NCBI GenBank assembly: GCA_964035545.1
Contig: OZ037770.1
Span: 14,374,642-14,438,641 of the forward strand
Length of the DNA: 64,000 nt
Reading direction: 5' to 3'
Origin: Bugula neritina
Lineage: Eukaryota; Animalia; Bryozoa
Below the pieces are notes generated by a model. The model ran no database searches and was not told where the DNA came from. It saw only the letters and a program-made list of their open reading frames with translations. Shown piece by piece: positions 1-11,857 of this stretch. The position numbers and the translations under genes are program-made. The stretch's first letter is position 1, and each line of letters begins with the position of its first letter.

Positions 1-357
1 TCACTTGCTACTCATATACACACAGTATATTATATCACACTAGAATATAATATTATAATTTTATACATCAATATAAGAATTCCCAACATGCGATTTAATG
101 TCATGCATCAAAGTAGAAGAGAATGGAGTCGTTTCCTCTGAGATAAAGGTCGCCGTACACAACATAAATTAGCTCAAGTGTTTTGTTATACAATTTAAAT
201 ATCTAGCACCATAGAAAATCAATATGGTATTAGCTGATAGAGTGGGGAGGGCAAGTGTGTCAGCGGCATTTGGCATTGACGTGCTCCGCTATTGGCTGAG
301 TTAATAAGTTTTGACAGCAAAATATTTGATGGGAAAGTGATTCTAGTTGAGTTATAA

Positions 358-1768
358 CTATAGATATGAGAGAGACTATATATGAGAGAGACTATAGTTA
401 TGAGAGAGACTATAGATATGAGAGAGAGGCTATAGATATGAGAGAGAGAGACTATAGATATGAGAGAGAGACTATAGATATGAGAGAGAGACTATAGATA
501 TGAGAGAGACTATAGATATGAGAGAGAGACTATAGATATGAGAGAGAGAGACTATAGGTATGAGAGAGAGGCTATAGATATGAGAGAGAGACTATAGATA
601 TGAGAGAGAGAGATTATAGATATGAGAGAGAGACTATAGGTATGAGAGAGAGACTATAGATATGAGAGAGAGAGAGAGATTATAGATATGAGAGAGAGAC
701 TATAGGTATGAGAGAGAGACTATAGGTATGAGAGAGAGACTATAGATATGAGAGAGAGACTATAGATATGAGAGAGAGACTATAGATATGAGAGAGAGAC
801 TATAGATATGAGAGAGAGACTATAGATATGAGAGAGAGACTATAGATATGAGAGAGAGACTATAGATATGAGAGAGAGACTATAGGTATGAGAGAGAGAC
901 TATAGATATGAGAGAGAGACTATAGATATGAGAGAGAGACTATAGATATGAGAGAGAGACTATAGATATGAGAGAGAGACTATAGATATGAGAGAGAGAC
1001 TATAGATATGAGAGAGAGACTATAGATATGAGAGAGAGACTATAGATATGAGAGAGAGACTATAGATATGAGAGAGAGACTATAGATATGAGAGAGAGAC
1101 TATAGATATGAGAGAGAGACTATAGATATGAGAGAGAGACTATAGATATGAGAGAGAGACTATAGATATGAGAGAGACTATAGATATGAGAGAGAGACTA
1201 TAGATATGAGAGAGAGACTATAGATATGAGAGAGAGACTATAGATATGAGAGAGAGACTATAGATAAGAGAGAGAGACTATAGATATGAGAGAGAGACTA
1301 TAGATATGAGAGAGAGACTATAGATATGAGAGAGAGACTATAGATATGAGAGAGAGACTATAGATATGAGAGAGAGACTATAGATATGAGAGAGAGACTA
1401 TAGATATGAGAGAGACTATAGATATGAGAGAGAGACTATAGATATGAGAGAGAGACTATAGATATGAGAGAGAGACTATAGATATGAGAGAGAGACTATA
1501 GATATGAGAGAGAGACTATAGATATGAGAGAGAGACTATAGATATGAGAGAGAGAGACTATAGATATGAGAGAGATTATAGATATGAGAGAGAGACTATA
1601 GATATGAGAGAGAGACTATAGATATGAGAGAGAGAGGCTATAGATATGAGAGAGAGACTATAGATATGAGAGAGAGACTATAGATATGAGAGAGAGACTA
1701 TAGGTATGAGAGAGAGAGACTATAGATATGAGAGAGAGACTGCAGGTATGAGAGAGAAACTATAGATA
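358..1768. repeat. ~20-bp minisatellite (CTATAGATATGAGAGAGAGA)n with variable GA tract
   Basis: About 70 tandem copies read directly; unit length varies with GA count. Confidence 0.97.
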
Positions 1769-2661
1769 TTGGAATGAAGCAGTTGCTTAGAACTAACACA
1801 GTTTTGCAGAAAATATTTCAGCGGGAAAATTTGATAGAATTTTTGCTCATTTGGCCACACCTTGTTATAGAATTTATTATAATTAATTCCTTATAATAAT
1901 GCGTTGTCTCCAGCAATGGTGGTCCTATTAAAATTCTCCTTCCCTTATCCTACATGAACTGCTAAATATCTGTCATCTGATTTCGTTTATTCCTCCCTAT
2001 GAAAAGCATTTTGTAATATTTTTTTTCAGTTTAATTTCATGCAAAAAGTGAATATCTTTCCTTCAAGGGACGGATATAACATCCATTTGCAAAGTTCAAA
2101 TTTTCAATAGATTATTTAAATAAAGAATACAGTTTATTGAACTCTCCCTTAGACAGGAAATTAAAGAACTACCTCAGGGATTCTTATTTGAAGAAATCTC
2201 TAACCGCTGAACAAAGCTGGTGAGATCAATACCAAAAACCAATATGTGTCTAGAAGATAGTTTTAACAGTTGAAAGTAATTATGAGGAATCAGTTGCAAT
2301 ATTATCTAATTAAAGTACGAAACATTGAAATTCAACTTCACAGCTTTTCTCACAACAGAGTAAATTGACAAAAAGTTCGAAAAGAAACTTGACAAAGAAA
2401 ACCTTTATTACAAAGGGGAATGCAATGAAACCTCCTAGAACATTTAATATTCTGGGAGGTTTTAATTTTAACTGGTAATTCACAAATTTAATAAATAAAA
2501 ATTTGTAATTCGTGAATTAGAAATTTGCCACTCAGTGTATTATTGCTAGCAAACCCCAAGTCTTCACAAATATATCTTTCATCATTCTATCACAGAATTG
2601 ATTAGCCTTAGTAAGCAAGGAAAGTGTATGGAACGTGTACTGTATAGCCTTAGTAACTAAC

Positions 2662-2719
2662 CTGAGAACTTGAGTAGATTAATCATCAAAGTGAAGACAA
2701 CCACCCGCAACATCTTCAT
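2662..2719 (-). CDS. Possible first coding exon (signal-peptide-like MKMLRVVVFTLMINLLKFS) of a gene running off to the left
   Basis: TTATTACAG acceptor near 2745, ATG at 2719, hydrophobic 19 codons, CAG|GTTAGT donor at 2662; a further donor at ~3666 could close a UTR exon. Downstream exons could not be joined. Confidence 0.3.
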
Positions 2720-3469
2720 TTATACTCAACTCCTCAAAAATTAGCTGTAATAAACAAAATGCTAATCAATTACTTCGAATTATAAGTTTAGTATAACTAA
2801 ATTACGAGCTATAGCTTAGAGTAGAAGTCGAAATAAATGTGTTTAGTTTTCATCAAATCTAGATAAATTATTTTCATAATGGAAAATAAGGTGTACTACT
2901 CCCATGACCACTGTTATAACCTATTTCACATTATATTAAAATTGCATACAATTACAATGTTGCATTATAAACAAGTGGCCACTTGAACCTAATGTAATAC
3001 ACTGAATTCTCAACATAGATTGAGTTGGAGTAATTAGAACTGGTAAGATCTAGAAATATATGTTACTTATGTTTGGGAAGAGGGGGGGGGCTATTCCTCA
3101 TATTAATAAAAAGCCATGGCACTACAACTTTTTAAAGTTTCCTCACTTTAACTTCTTGAATATCACTTCAAAATTAGTAAAAGTTGATTTAAACTAACAT
3201 TATTGGTCAGTTTGTGATGGTTGATAATCAAAAGTAAAAACAACAGCAAGATCTTTATTGGATGATGCTGTATAGGAGCAAGAAAAGCAAGAAAATTTAA
3301 AAAACTAATAACTTAAGTATACCTACATATAATATATAAACATATTACACGTAATTGTTTTATTCACCTACTTATATTTTCTCCATTACCATTTACATTA
3401 TTAAACAAAGTTTCTATAACACTGCTATCACATGATTTAGTAAACACCCCTTTGTGACTCGGAAATCTT

Positions 3470-3670
3470 TCCACTCCTAGACAGTAAACTACTCACCCCC
3501 TGTTGAATCTCTCCACTTCTAGACAGTAAACTACTCACCCCCTGTTGAATCTCTCCACTCCTAGACAGTAAACTACTCACCCCCTGTTGAATCTCTCCAC
3601 TCCTAGACAGTAAACTACTCACCCCCTGTTGAATCTCTCCACTCCTAGACAGTAAACTACTCACCCCTGA
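3470..3670. repeat. 42-bp tandem repeat, ~4.7 copies, each carrying a minus-strand GG|GTGAGT donor consensus
   Basis: Unit CCACTCCTAGACAGTAAACTACTCACCCCCTGTTGAATCTCT; explains the 3437-3703 repetitive ORF. Confidence 0.95.
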
Positions 3671-5240
3671 CAATGCCTTCAATCTGTTATGTAACAACAG
3701 CAAACAGCTGCTGCATAGCTCACAGCACGAAAGGCAGCAACTGAAGCTTTGAAAAAGAAGAAATCAAATAAATTTCATTGTGTGACATTGAAAGAGAATT
3801 ACAATGTATCCTTTCATGTGCGCTTCATGGATGCTAACACATTATGTATCTATCACCATCTCAGTATTACTATACTATTGATAATTATTGATTTACATTG
3901 CCACATGTATTTGATGTGAAATAAGCTGTCATGCATGCTAATTAAATAGAGTACTGCATCAGCCAATTGAGATCTAGCCTCAGCACCTACTGTAGACCGA
4001 CCCTAGGGTCCACACAGTGTGTATGCTGTTACGAGTTATGCGAGGTCAAATATTTTATTAATCCGAAGTTTGTTAATGTAATAGTTACTAATGCATATGT
4101 TAATTAGATTACGGTAGTTATGATGTGCTACTTTGTGAGTGGAACTGGCGCTGGTGCTGTACCATAGCAGAGTTTTGTGTTTCTAGCAAAGAGAGATTAT
4201 CTTAGTGTTTGGATTTTTCAAGCCCTTGTTAAAAAAATTCTTCTCTCCAAATGGACAACTTTGACATTTATAAACCAATAGCTCTATAAGCTGCAATCAT
4301 ATGAGTTAGCAATGTCGATGGACCAGCGTGGAGTAGACAACCCTTCACAACTGAATATGGTCATATTTACTATTTCAAATATAATTTGGTTTTAGAATCT
4401 ACTAAACTATGGTGAGGAAATTAAAGCTAATGAGCTGTTGCAGTGATTAGCAGGGAGAAATAACTCCATAATATTATTTAGCAACATGACTCGGGGCTTG
4501 ATAGGGTCAGCACCAAGAGACAAGTAAGGCAGCAAACATATTCTTTCACTGACCAATAGGATTGTTTAATTCTGTTACTGCGAAACAACCTTTCCATGAT
4601 CGTATTTCTGTCCAGCAAAATGAAACTGCTTATTCAAGGTATATTCTTAGAAACAATACAAACTTATTGCTTGTTTTTTGTAGCAAAGCATAAAAACATT
4701 GAGATTCAATTAAGTTTTTAGCAAATTTTAATCCACCTTTTGCTGAGCGTGCTCAAACAGGACTGTGACTAAAACTGAAAAAAGTCAAGCTTAAATTATT
4801 CCAATCATCACTGTGACAAGGGAAACATAGCTACATTCAAACTATAAACGCCGTTGTGTACAGAATAAAGAAGAAACACAACTGTGTACAGTAATTTCAT
4901 AAAGGAATGGTAGCTGTGAATTTTATTGTAAATGCTTGAAAAAATTAAAAATCATACTAAAAGCTTGATAAACACTAAAAACTTTAAAAAGGATCCAGAG
5001 GCAGTGCAAATTTAAAAAAAAATAGTTTTGTGATTGAAAAACTGTAAAATAATACAAAGCTACAGGATATTTACATGGAAAATAAAAATTCTTTTCTCAC
5101 ACTAATTTGTCATTTTGTCCAATTGAGAAGTAAACTATTTTATAGACTAGAGTTCTAGGAGTCAACACTACATTATAGTCTGAGAAATAGCTTGCCGAGT
5201 CATGGTCTAGTTGTATGTACCTTTGTACACGTACCTCAGA

Positions 5241-6445
5241 CTACTGCTGGTAGGCGTTAGCTATTTCAGCCATTAGCTTCGCTTTGACGAAATTTCTTTT
5301 GCCTTGGGGAACATCTTCGAGCATCTCCAATAAGCAGCAGACAAAGTGGTACTCCGTCATGTTGATGAAATCCCTCTTAGACTCTGTACCAGCTGTAGGA
5401 GGGGCAGACGGTGTTGAGGCTGTAGGTGGTGACACCCGGTGTGAAAGTCTACAGAAGATACTTAGGCTACAAAACTCTTACAAGCTATCTCATTGGTTAG
5501 CAAACTCTTACAAGCTATCTCATTGCTGCGTTCCATTATTTTGTATTACGCAAATGGATGCATTTGTGGTTGTGGTTTTTATGAACTTATGGTTTCGGTT
5601 TATTCAATGCCACTGTTTTTAAAGATGGAATGAAAAATCCAGTCGCATAATGTAAAGCTTGGAAATGCAGCGGTTGTGCCCATTTCATCAGGTTATAAGA
5701 ACACAGGAGCGAGCGTGACACCAGCAAAGACACTGCAGGGATTCAAACCCACGACTTTGCGGAGCTCTTGCCGCCTGACTAGGGTTGCTCCTTCTTTTCT
5801 TAGAAACTTTCAGTGTAATACTAAACTTACATATGCTAAAGTAATACTATGGGAGTGCAGTATGATAAATAGAGAGGATTACTCCCGATAGTTGAGCTAA
5901 TATTGAGTTATATTTTTATACCTGTTTTGAGAAGTTGCCTTGCGTTCCGGAGCAGCTGGAGATCGAATCCTCGAGGTTTTAGAAAGCGAGCTGCTGGAGT
6001 GTGGCGACACAGCGCCACTTCTAGAAGAAACACTCCCGGGAGAGCGAGACCTTTTACCTGACTTCAATGTTGGAAGTTGACACGTAGACTTGGCTGCGTA
6101 GCCTTTTCGACCTTTTGAACCTGGTCACAGATAAGATGATGAACATAAAGAACCTCACTTTTTGATTTTATTTACTTATTGAAGCAATATAACAGCAATA
6201 CCAGTAGTAGCAACAGCAGTACTAGTAGTAGCAGCACTAGTAGTATTAGTAGCAACAGCAGTACTAGTAGTAGCAGCACTAGTAGTATTAGTAGCAACAG
6301 CAGTACTAGTAGTAGCAGTAGCAACAGCAGTATTAGTAGTAGCAGTAGCAGCAGTAGTAGTAGTAGTAGTACTAGAAGTAGTAGTAGTAGCAGCAGTAGC
6401 AGTAGTAGTAGTAGTAGTAGTAATAGTAGCAGTAGTAGTAGTAGC

Positions 6446-6476
<31 letters not shown>

Positions 6477-6550
6477 CTAGTAGTAGTAGTAGTAGCAGCA
6501 GTAGCAGTAGTAGTAGTAGTAGTAGTAATAGTAGCAGTAGCAGTAGTAGC

Positions 6551-6581
<31 letters not shown>

Positions 6582-6898
6582 CTAGAAGTAGTAGTAGTAG
6601 CAGCAGTAGCAGTAGTAGTAGTAGTAGTAGTAATAGTAGCAGTAGCAGTAGTAGCAGTAGTAGCAACAGCAGTACTAGTAGTAGCAGCACTAGTAGTATT
6701 AGTAGCAACAGCAGTACTAGTAGTAGCAGCACTAGTAGTATTAGTAGCAACAGCAGTACTAGTAGTAGCAGTAGCAACAGCAGTATTAGTAGTAGCAGTA
6801 GCAGCAGTAGTAGTAGTAGTAGTACTAGAAGTAGTAGTAGTAGCAGCAGTAGCAGTAGTAGTAGTAGTAGTAGTAATAGTAGCAGTAGTAGTAGTAGC

Positions 6899-6929
<31 letters not shown>

Positions 6930-8098
6930 CTAGTAGTAGTAGTAGTAGCAGCAGTAGCAGTAGTAGTAGTAGTAGTAGTAATAGTAGCAGTAGCAGTAGT
7001 AGCAGTAGTAGTAGTAGTAGTAGTAGTACTAGAAGTAGTAGTAGTAGCAGCAGTAGCAGTAGTAGTAGTAGTAGTAGTAATAGTAGCAGTAGCAGTAGTA
7101 GTAGTAGTACTAGTAGTAGTAGTAGTAGTAGTACTAGTAGTAGTAGTAGTACTAGTAGTAGTAGTAGTAGTAGTACTAGTAGTAGTAGTAGTACTAGTAG
7201 TAGTAGTAGCAGTAGAGTATTACGCCACCTGGTGCCTTCTTCTCCTGCCGGCCCGCCGATGGAGTAGACAGACATAGAACAGACAGCGTCTGTTTGTTCT
7301 GCAGAGGCTCTTCGTCAGACAGATCAAAATCCTCTAAAAGTCTAAAGCAAAGATACGGTAGCAAGAATCACTGATTGGACCAAAGCAGATAAATGAAAGT
7401 GAGGGAAAAATACTAGAGTTAAAATAATGTTTGACAAAAAATTAGGCAGTCTCTAAAAATTGTTTATATAAAACTCCTAGAAAAAAATAATGTATAGCTA
7501 CAAAGACTTGAGGCAAATAAACCTATTTATAATATAGTGTAGCGTAACCATAAATTTAGTTTCCACCACAGTAAAAACCTATAAAGGAGTAAATGCCAAA
7601 GTGAAAAGCACCTTGTTTTCTTAACAAGTACCTTGTTTTAGTAACAAGCACCTTGTCTCAGTGACAAGTAACTTTTTACAGTAACAAGTACCTTATTACA
7701 GTGACAAGTACCTTGTTTCGGTGACTGAATACATATATGGTTGATAAAAGGCCATGCTATCCATCCACATCCAAGTGCTACCACCAGTAGCAAACTCTTT
7801 TTTGTAAACCCTTCGCATCTTCTGCCAAGTTCTTCTGCAATCATCGACTGAAACAGATTCTACAACTTCAGGTACAGGAAAGACAAGAGTTCATAAAAAG
7901 CAGGAAACAGTAAGAGTATCTTGCAATGGCTGACGAACCTGACTCTCCGACAATATTAGCTACTTCCTGCCATAACTGCTGCCGTAACAAAATTTCCTTT
8001 CTCGACGGCCGGAGATCATCAGAATTGTACAAGTCAGGTCTTCTTTTTACATTTTCCAAAAGCAGTGATAGTTGGGATACATCATTGAATATTGGCAT
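5241..8098 (-). CDS. MADF (Myb/SANT-like) + BESS domain transcriptional regulator, spliced
   Basis: Exons 8098(or 8110)-7939, 7847-7712, 7341-7229, 6120-5922, 5820-~5747, ~5448-5241 join in frame with GT-AG. N-term LLLENVKRRPDLYN..RQQLWQEVANIVGE-SVDDCRRTWQKMRRVYKK..WMWMDSMAFYQPYM fits MADF; C-term EYHFVCCLLEMLEDVPQGKRNFVKAKLMAEI fits BESS; Ser/Arg-rich linker. Exon 5 donor is uncertain. Confidence 0.82.
5525..5672. mobile_element. ~150-bp MITE, copy of the family at 31128 and 49226 (opposite orientation)
   Basis: Termini GCTGCGTTCCA...TGGAAATGCAGC; the reverse complement shares GGATTTTTCATT, ACCATAAGTT and CATCCATT with the other copies. Confidence 0.65.
6190..7215. repeat. (AGT/AGC)n microsatellite in the MADF gene intron, with ~453-bp higher-order duplication
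   Basis: Trinucleotide run; the variant pattern starting at 6211 recurs at 6664. Confidence 0.97.
7610..7720. repeat. 20-bp tandem repeat (~5 copies) built from the MADF exon-2 donor junction
   Basis: Unit GTAACAAGTACCTTGTTTYA; minus strand AAG|GTACTTG matches the donor used at 7712. Confidence 0.8.
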
Positions 8099-8383
8099 CT
8101 TCTCAGCCAACTAGTCTTTGGTGAAAACTTCAACTGAGAAACTGGATTGAAGCCTGCTCAAACAGTACAGATGTTTTTAAATGTACAATTAACCAGGCAA
8201 TGAAATCATTTCAAGTGAATGAGAATGTCATACAAAATCATAATCTGCAGTAATAGCTTATGGCCAATATTCACAATGATACCAATTGCATAAATCTAGT
8301 TCAATAGTTAGGTAAAATAATGATAGCTGCACATTGAATTTAATTAGTATAACTTTGAAATGGGACTTCAATTTAAACCTGAC

Positions 8384-10594
8384 ATTTAAAGCGTACAATG
8401 AGGTTGACCTTGGCAGCTTTCAGCACACTCTGCAGGAAATCAAACATAAACTCTCAGATTTAGATGATGTCAATGCAATGTGGGAGTTTTTCACAGCAGG
8501 TCTACGGGAAGCAGTTAATAAGTATGTTCCCAAGAAAACTCGGAGATCACCAAACGATGCTGAACCAATGTGGTTTAACCAGGATAGCCGGAAAATGGTT
8601 AAAAAGCAGCGTTCCCTATATAACAGATTTAAAAAGACAGGTGACCCTTTTGATCATAAGTTATATGCGCAGTACAGAAAGCAGGCAAAGAAAAATATGC
8701 GACAGCACAAGAAGGCATATTTAGAGTCACGCATATGCAAACCTCTGGCTGAAGGCAACTGCAGACCATTTTACAAACACCTAAAGGGTACGCGAACTAG
8801 TAAACAGCTCATTCGTCTAACCAAGCCAAACAACTCGTCCACAGATGATGCCGTGGAGTGTGCAGATATCCTAAATAACCACTTTCACAAGCAATTCAAC
8901 AGTGGACACCAGCTTCAAAAGCTACCAAAGACACATGCTAATGAACCCACGACCCATATTGAAATCGAGGGAGTGAAGAAGCTACTGGCAGGCCTTAAAA
9001 ATGGGAAAGCTCCAGGGCCAGACCAACTACGTAAAGCTGACCTTACAATTGATACACATCTGACTGCAGAATGCCTGACCCAGATCTATAACAAGTCCCT
9101 ACAGCATGGTGAACTCCCTGACAGTTGGAAATCTGCCAATGTCACCCCTATCTTCAAGAGTGGTGACAGGAGCTCTGCCAATAACTATAGGCCAATCTCC
9201 CTAACTAGCATTCCATGTAAGCTACTAGAGCACATTGTTCTTGGTATTTTACTAGAGAAAATAGATGGTTTCCTCCACAGCAGACAGCACGGCTTTAGAA
9301 AAGGGCTATCATGTGAGACACAACTCTGTGCCACCATGCATGATATTCTCAGTGCGGCAGATAAAGGCTTGAGCACTCATGCTGCGGTGCTTGACTTCAC
9401 AAAAGCCTTTGACAAGGTGCCGCATGCACTTCTAATGGAAAAAATCTCCAGGATCGGAACAATTGACACACATATACTTCACTGGATACATAACTTCCTT
9501 ACTGATAGGTCCCAGCGGGTGATACTTAATGGTAAGGTGTCAAGCAGTCTCCCAGTTTCGTCAGGGGTACCTCAGGGATCAGTTCTCGGGCCTGTGCTTT
9601 TCCTGATATTTATCAATGACCTTCCAAACGAGGTAGATTGCCCAGTCGCCCTATTTGCAGACGACACCTTAATGTACCAGACCATCACAAGCCAGCAGGA
9701 CACAGCCCGTTTTCAGCACAACCTGAACTCTTTGGACTCCTGGGCATGTAGGATGGGTATGTCTTTCAATGTGAAAAAAAGCAAGATCATCATCTTTAGT
9801 AACAAAAAATTCACACATAACTATTCACTTGGAGGCCAGACTCTCGCAGTTGTTGACCACGCGTTGTATCTTGGTGTCACAATACAATCAGACCTGAAGT
9901 TCGACATGCATATCCAGCAGAAATTACTCACAGCAAAACGACAACTCGGGATGATTAAAAGGGCACTGTATTGGGCACCAGAAAAGGCGAAGTTAATAGC
10001 ATACAAAGCCCTGTGTCGTCCTCACCTAGAATATGCTGCTGCTGTGTGGGACCCGAGCTCCAAGAAGGCTGTAGTAGATATTGAGCAAGTGCAAGAGCAG
10101 GCTGTGAGATTTGTGGCAGGTATTAAAGGCAGGGTTGGCTCAGATGAGGCAAGATCTAGGCTTGGATTAACCCCCCTGCAAAACAGGCGCAAAGACCTAC
10201 GACTTAGTCTCTTGATGCGGATCCTGGCCAAAGAGGAATATCATCCTTCACTCTCAAAGTCGTATGAACACCTCATCGATCAGCCCACTACATCAGTTAC
10301 CACCAGGTCCCAGTCAAATGGCATGCCCACCACTTTTAGAACTAACACCTCACTATTTCATGCCAGCTTCCTACCCAGAACAATACGTGATATGAAAATA
10401 ACATCAAATGCCGCTCACAGACAGGACTCATAAGGCCCTGTACTGGCACCAAAGTCTTAAAACAGAACTGCACTTATGCGATAAAAGTATTAACTACATT
10501 TAATAATTCTGTTCACCAAACGAGGCACGTCGCTTACACTAATATAGTGGTCTAACGTGATTGCATCTTCAAGTAAGTCAAGTAAGTCAAGTAA
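8384..10594 (+). mobile_element. 5'-truncated non-LTR retrotransposon (CR1/L2-group LINE); RT ORF uninterrupted to stop at 10433
   Basis: KAPGPD, NYRPISLTSIPCKLLE, QHGFR, LDFTKAFDKV, GVPQGSVLGP, FADD, YLGV motifs; no endonuclease domain; 3' UTR hairpin and (CAAGTAAGT)n tail at 10570-10594. 5' edge approximate. Confidence 0.93.
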
Positions 10595-10809
10595 CTACAT
10601 TAATAACTTTTTATTAGCAATTTCTTACCCAGTCATGACAGAAACTTTTTCAACAAAATTAGCATGGAGCAACTAGCAATCAAATATGCTTTCAATGATT
10701 TAAGGAGTAAACTTTCATGAGCATTATATTATGGTTTTTAAGTAAACTCAAGATAAAGATTAGTCTTATAGTTATAGTTATTAAATTTATTGATTATAAT
10801 AATAACGAT

Positions 10810-11105
10810 TGGCGCAAACTGAAAGTGAAACTGCGTCAAACTCCAGGTCAATCACAATGAGTATCAGTATCATTATGACTATCACTATCAGTAGGACCAT
10901 GAGTATGACTACAACTATTACTACTACTACTGTACTACTACTAGTAGACGTAGTAGTCGACGTAGCAGTCGCCGTCGCAGTAGTACTAGTAGTACTAGTA
11001 GTACTAGTAGTAGTACTAGTAGTAGTAGTAGTAGTACTAGTAGTAGTAGTACTAGTAGTAGTGTAGTAGTAGTACTAGTAGTAGTAGTAGTACTAGTAGT
11101 AGTAC
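10810..11105. repeat. Degenerate hexamer tract followed by (AGT)n microsatellite
   Basis: ATGAGT/ATCAGT/ACTATC periodicity, then GTA repeats. Confidence 0.85.
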
Positions 11106-11260
11106 AACTCTCACTACAAGTAAAACTAAAATTAAAAGTAAAGGTAAGCAGTGTCGAATTTTTTCAACACATTTGAAACGAAACACAAATTATAATCCAT
11201 TATTATTAGATTTATTATATTGTGAGCTTGTGATACAGCTTATTAGTTATTAGTACTCAC

Positions 11261-11460
11261 CATTCAAAAATTGATATTAGACGTCCAGAAACCACCTGAA
11301 GACAATCTCTTTTAAAATTCGATCACTTCACAATAATGTAGCCCTAACCTTAGCGAAGACCTGATCAAACTATCATAATACGAGCTATAGTTGCAGAGTT
11401 GTCGCCACGATTTTCCGTAGTAGACAACCCTGATTGCTTGCACATGAACACTTCAAATGT
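11261..11460 (-). promoter_or_regulatory. Putative promoter/first exon of the MADF-BESS gene ending ATG|GTGAGT
   Basis: Perfect donor after 11261; splicing to the TAG acceptor before 8110 gives in-frame ATG TTG GCT GAG AAG ATG CCA; block is homologous to 25200-25445. Confidence 0.5.
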
Positions 11461-11857
11461 TTGTTGGGCAAGATATTAATAATGTAACTATTATTATTAA
11501 AATATTATATTATATTTATATTATAAATTCATTTTAAATGAGGTTGCGTGTTTATTAAATGCATATCATTTGAAAACACCAGTTTGGTTAAATAAAACAC
11601 AAACTAACTTCAAAAGTCTAGATAACAGAAAATATTGCACATAGCCTTAGAAGATGTCTCCCTCTTTTGTAGAAGAAAAATAATTAAAATGTAATTGTAT
11701 AAATAATTTAGCATGAAGTTGAATTCTGTGTCACTCTAAAATTGCGCTACAACGAATGACATTACAAAAATTGCTAGTAGAATTGGGCCCCGCACTATAT
11801 ATTTGATTTTATCTCACGAGTTGGTAAACTGACTGAATATGAGATACTAGTAACAGC

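Noticed and set aside
358-1768. Regular array as possible CRISPR or telomere
   Set aside because: No unique spacers, no cas genes, eukaryotic context, not a telomeric motif; the same applies to the arrays at 35380, 40228 and 63313.
3995-4030. CCTAGGGTCCACACAGTGTGTA resembling the 55719 MITE TIR
   Set aside because: Short, mismatched, no partner end found.
6172-7275. Poly-Leu and poly-Ser ORFs of ~365 aa
   Set aside because: Translations of an intronic (AGT)n microsatellite.
10490-10606. TAACTACATT(T)AATAA repeated around the LINE tail as a TSD
   Set aside because: Both copies are at the 3' end and none is at the 5' junction, so it cannot be called a TSD.
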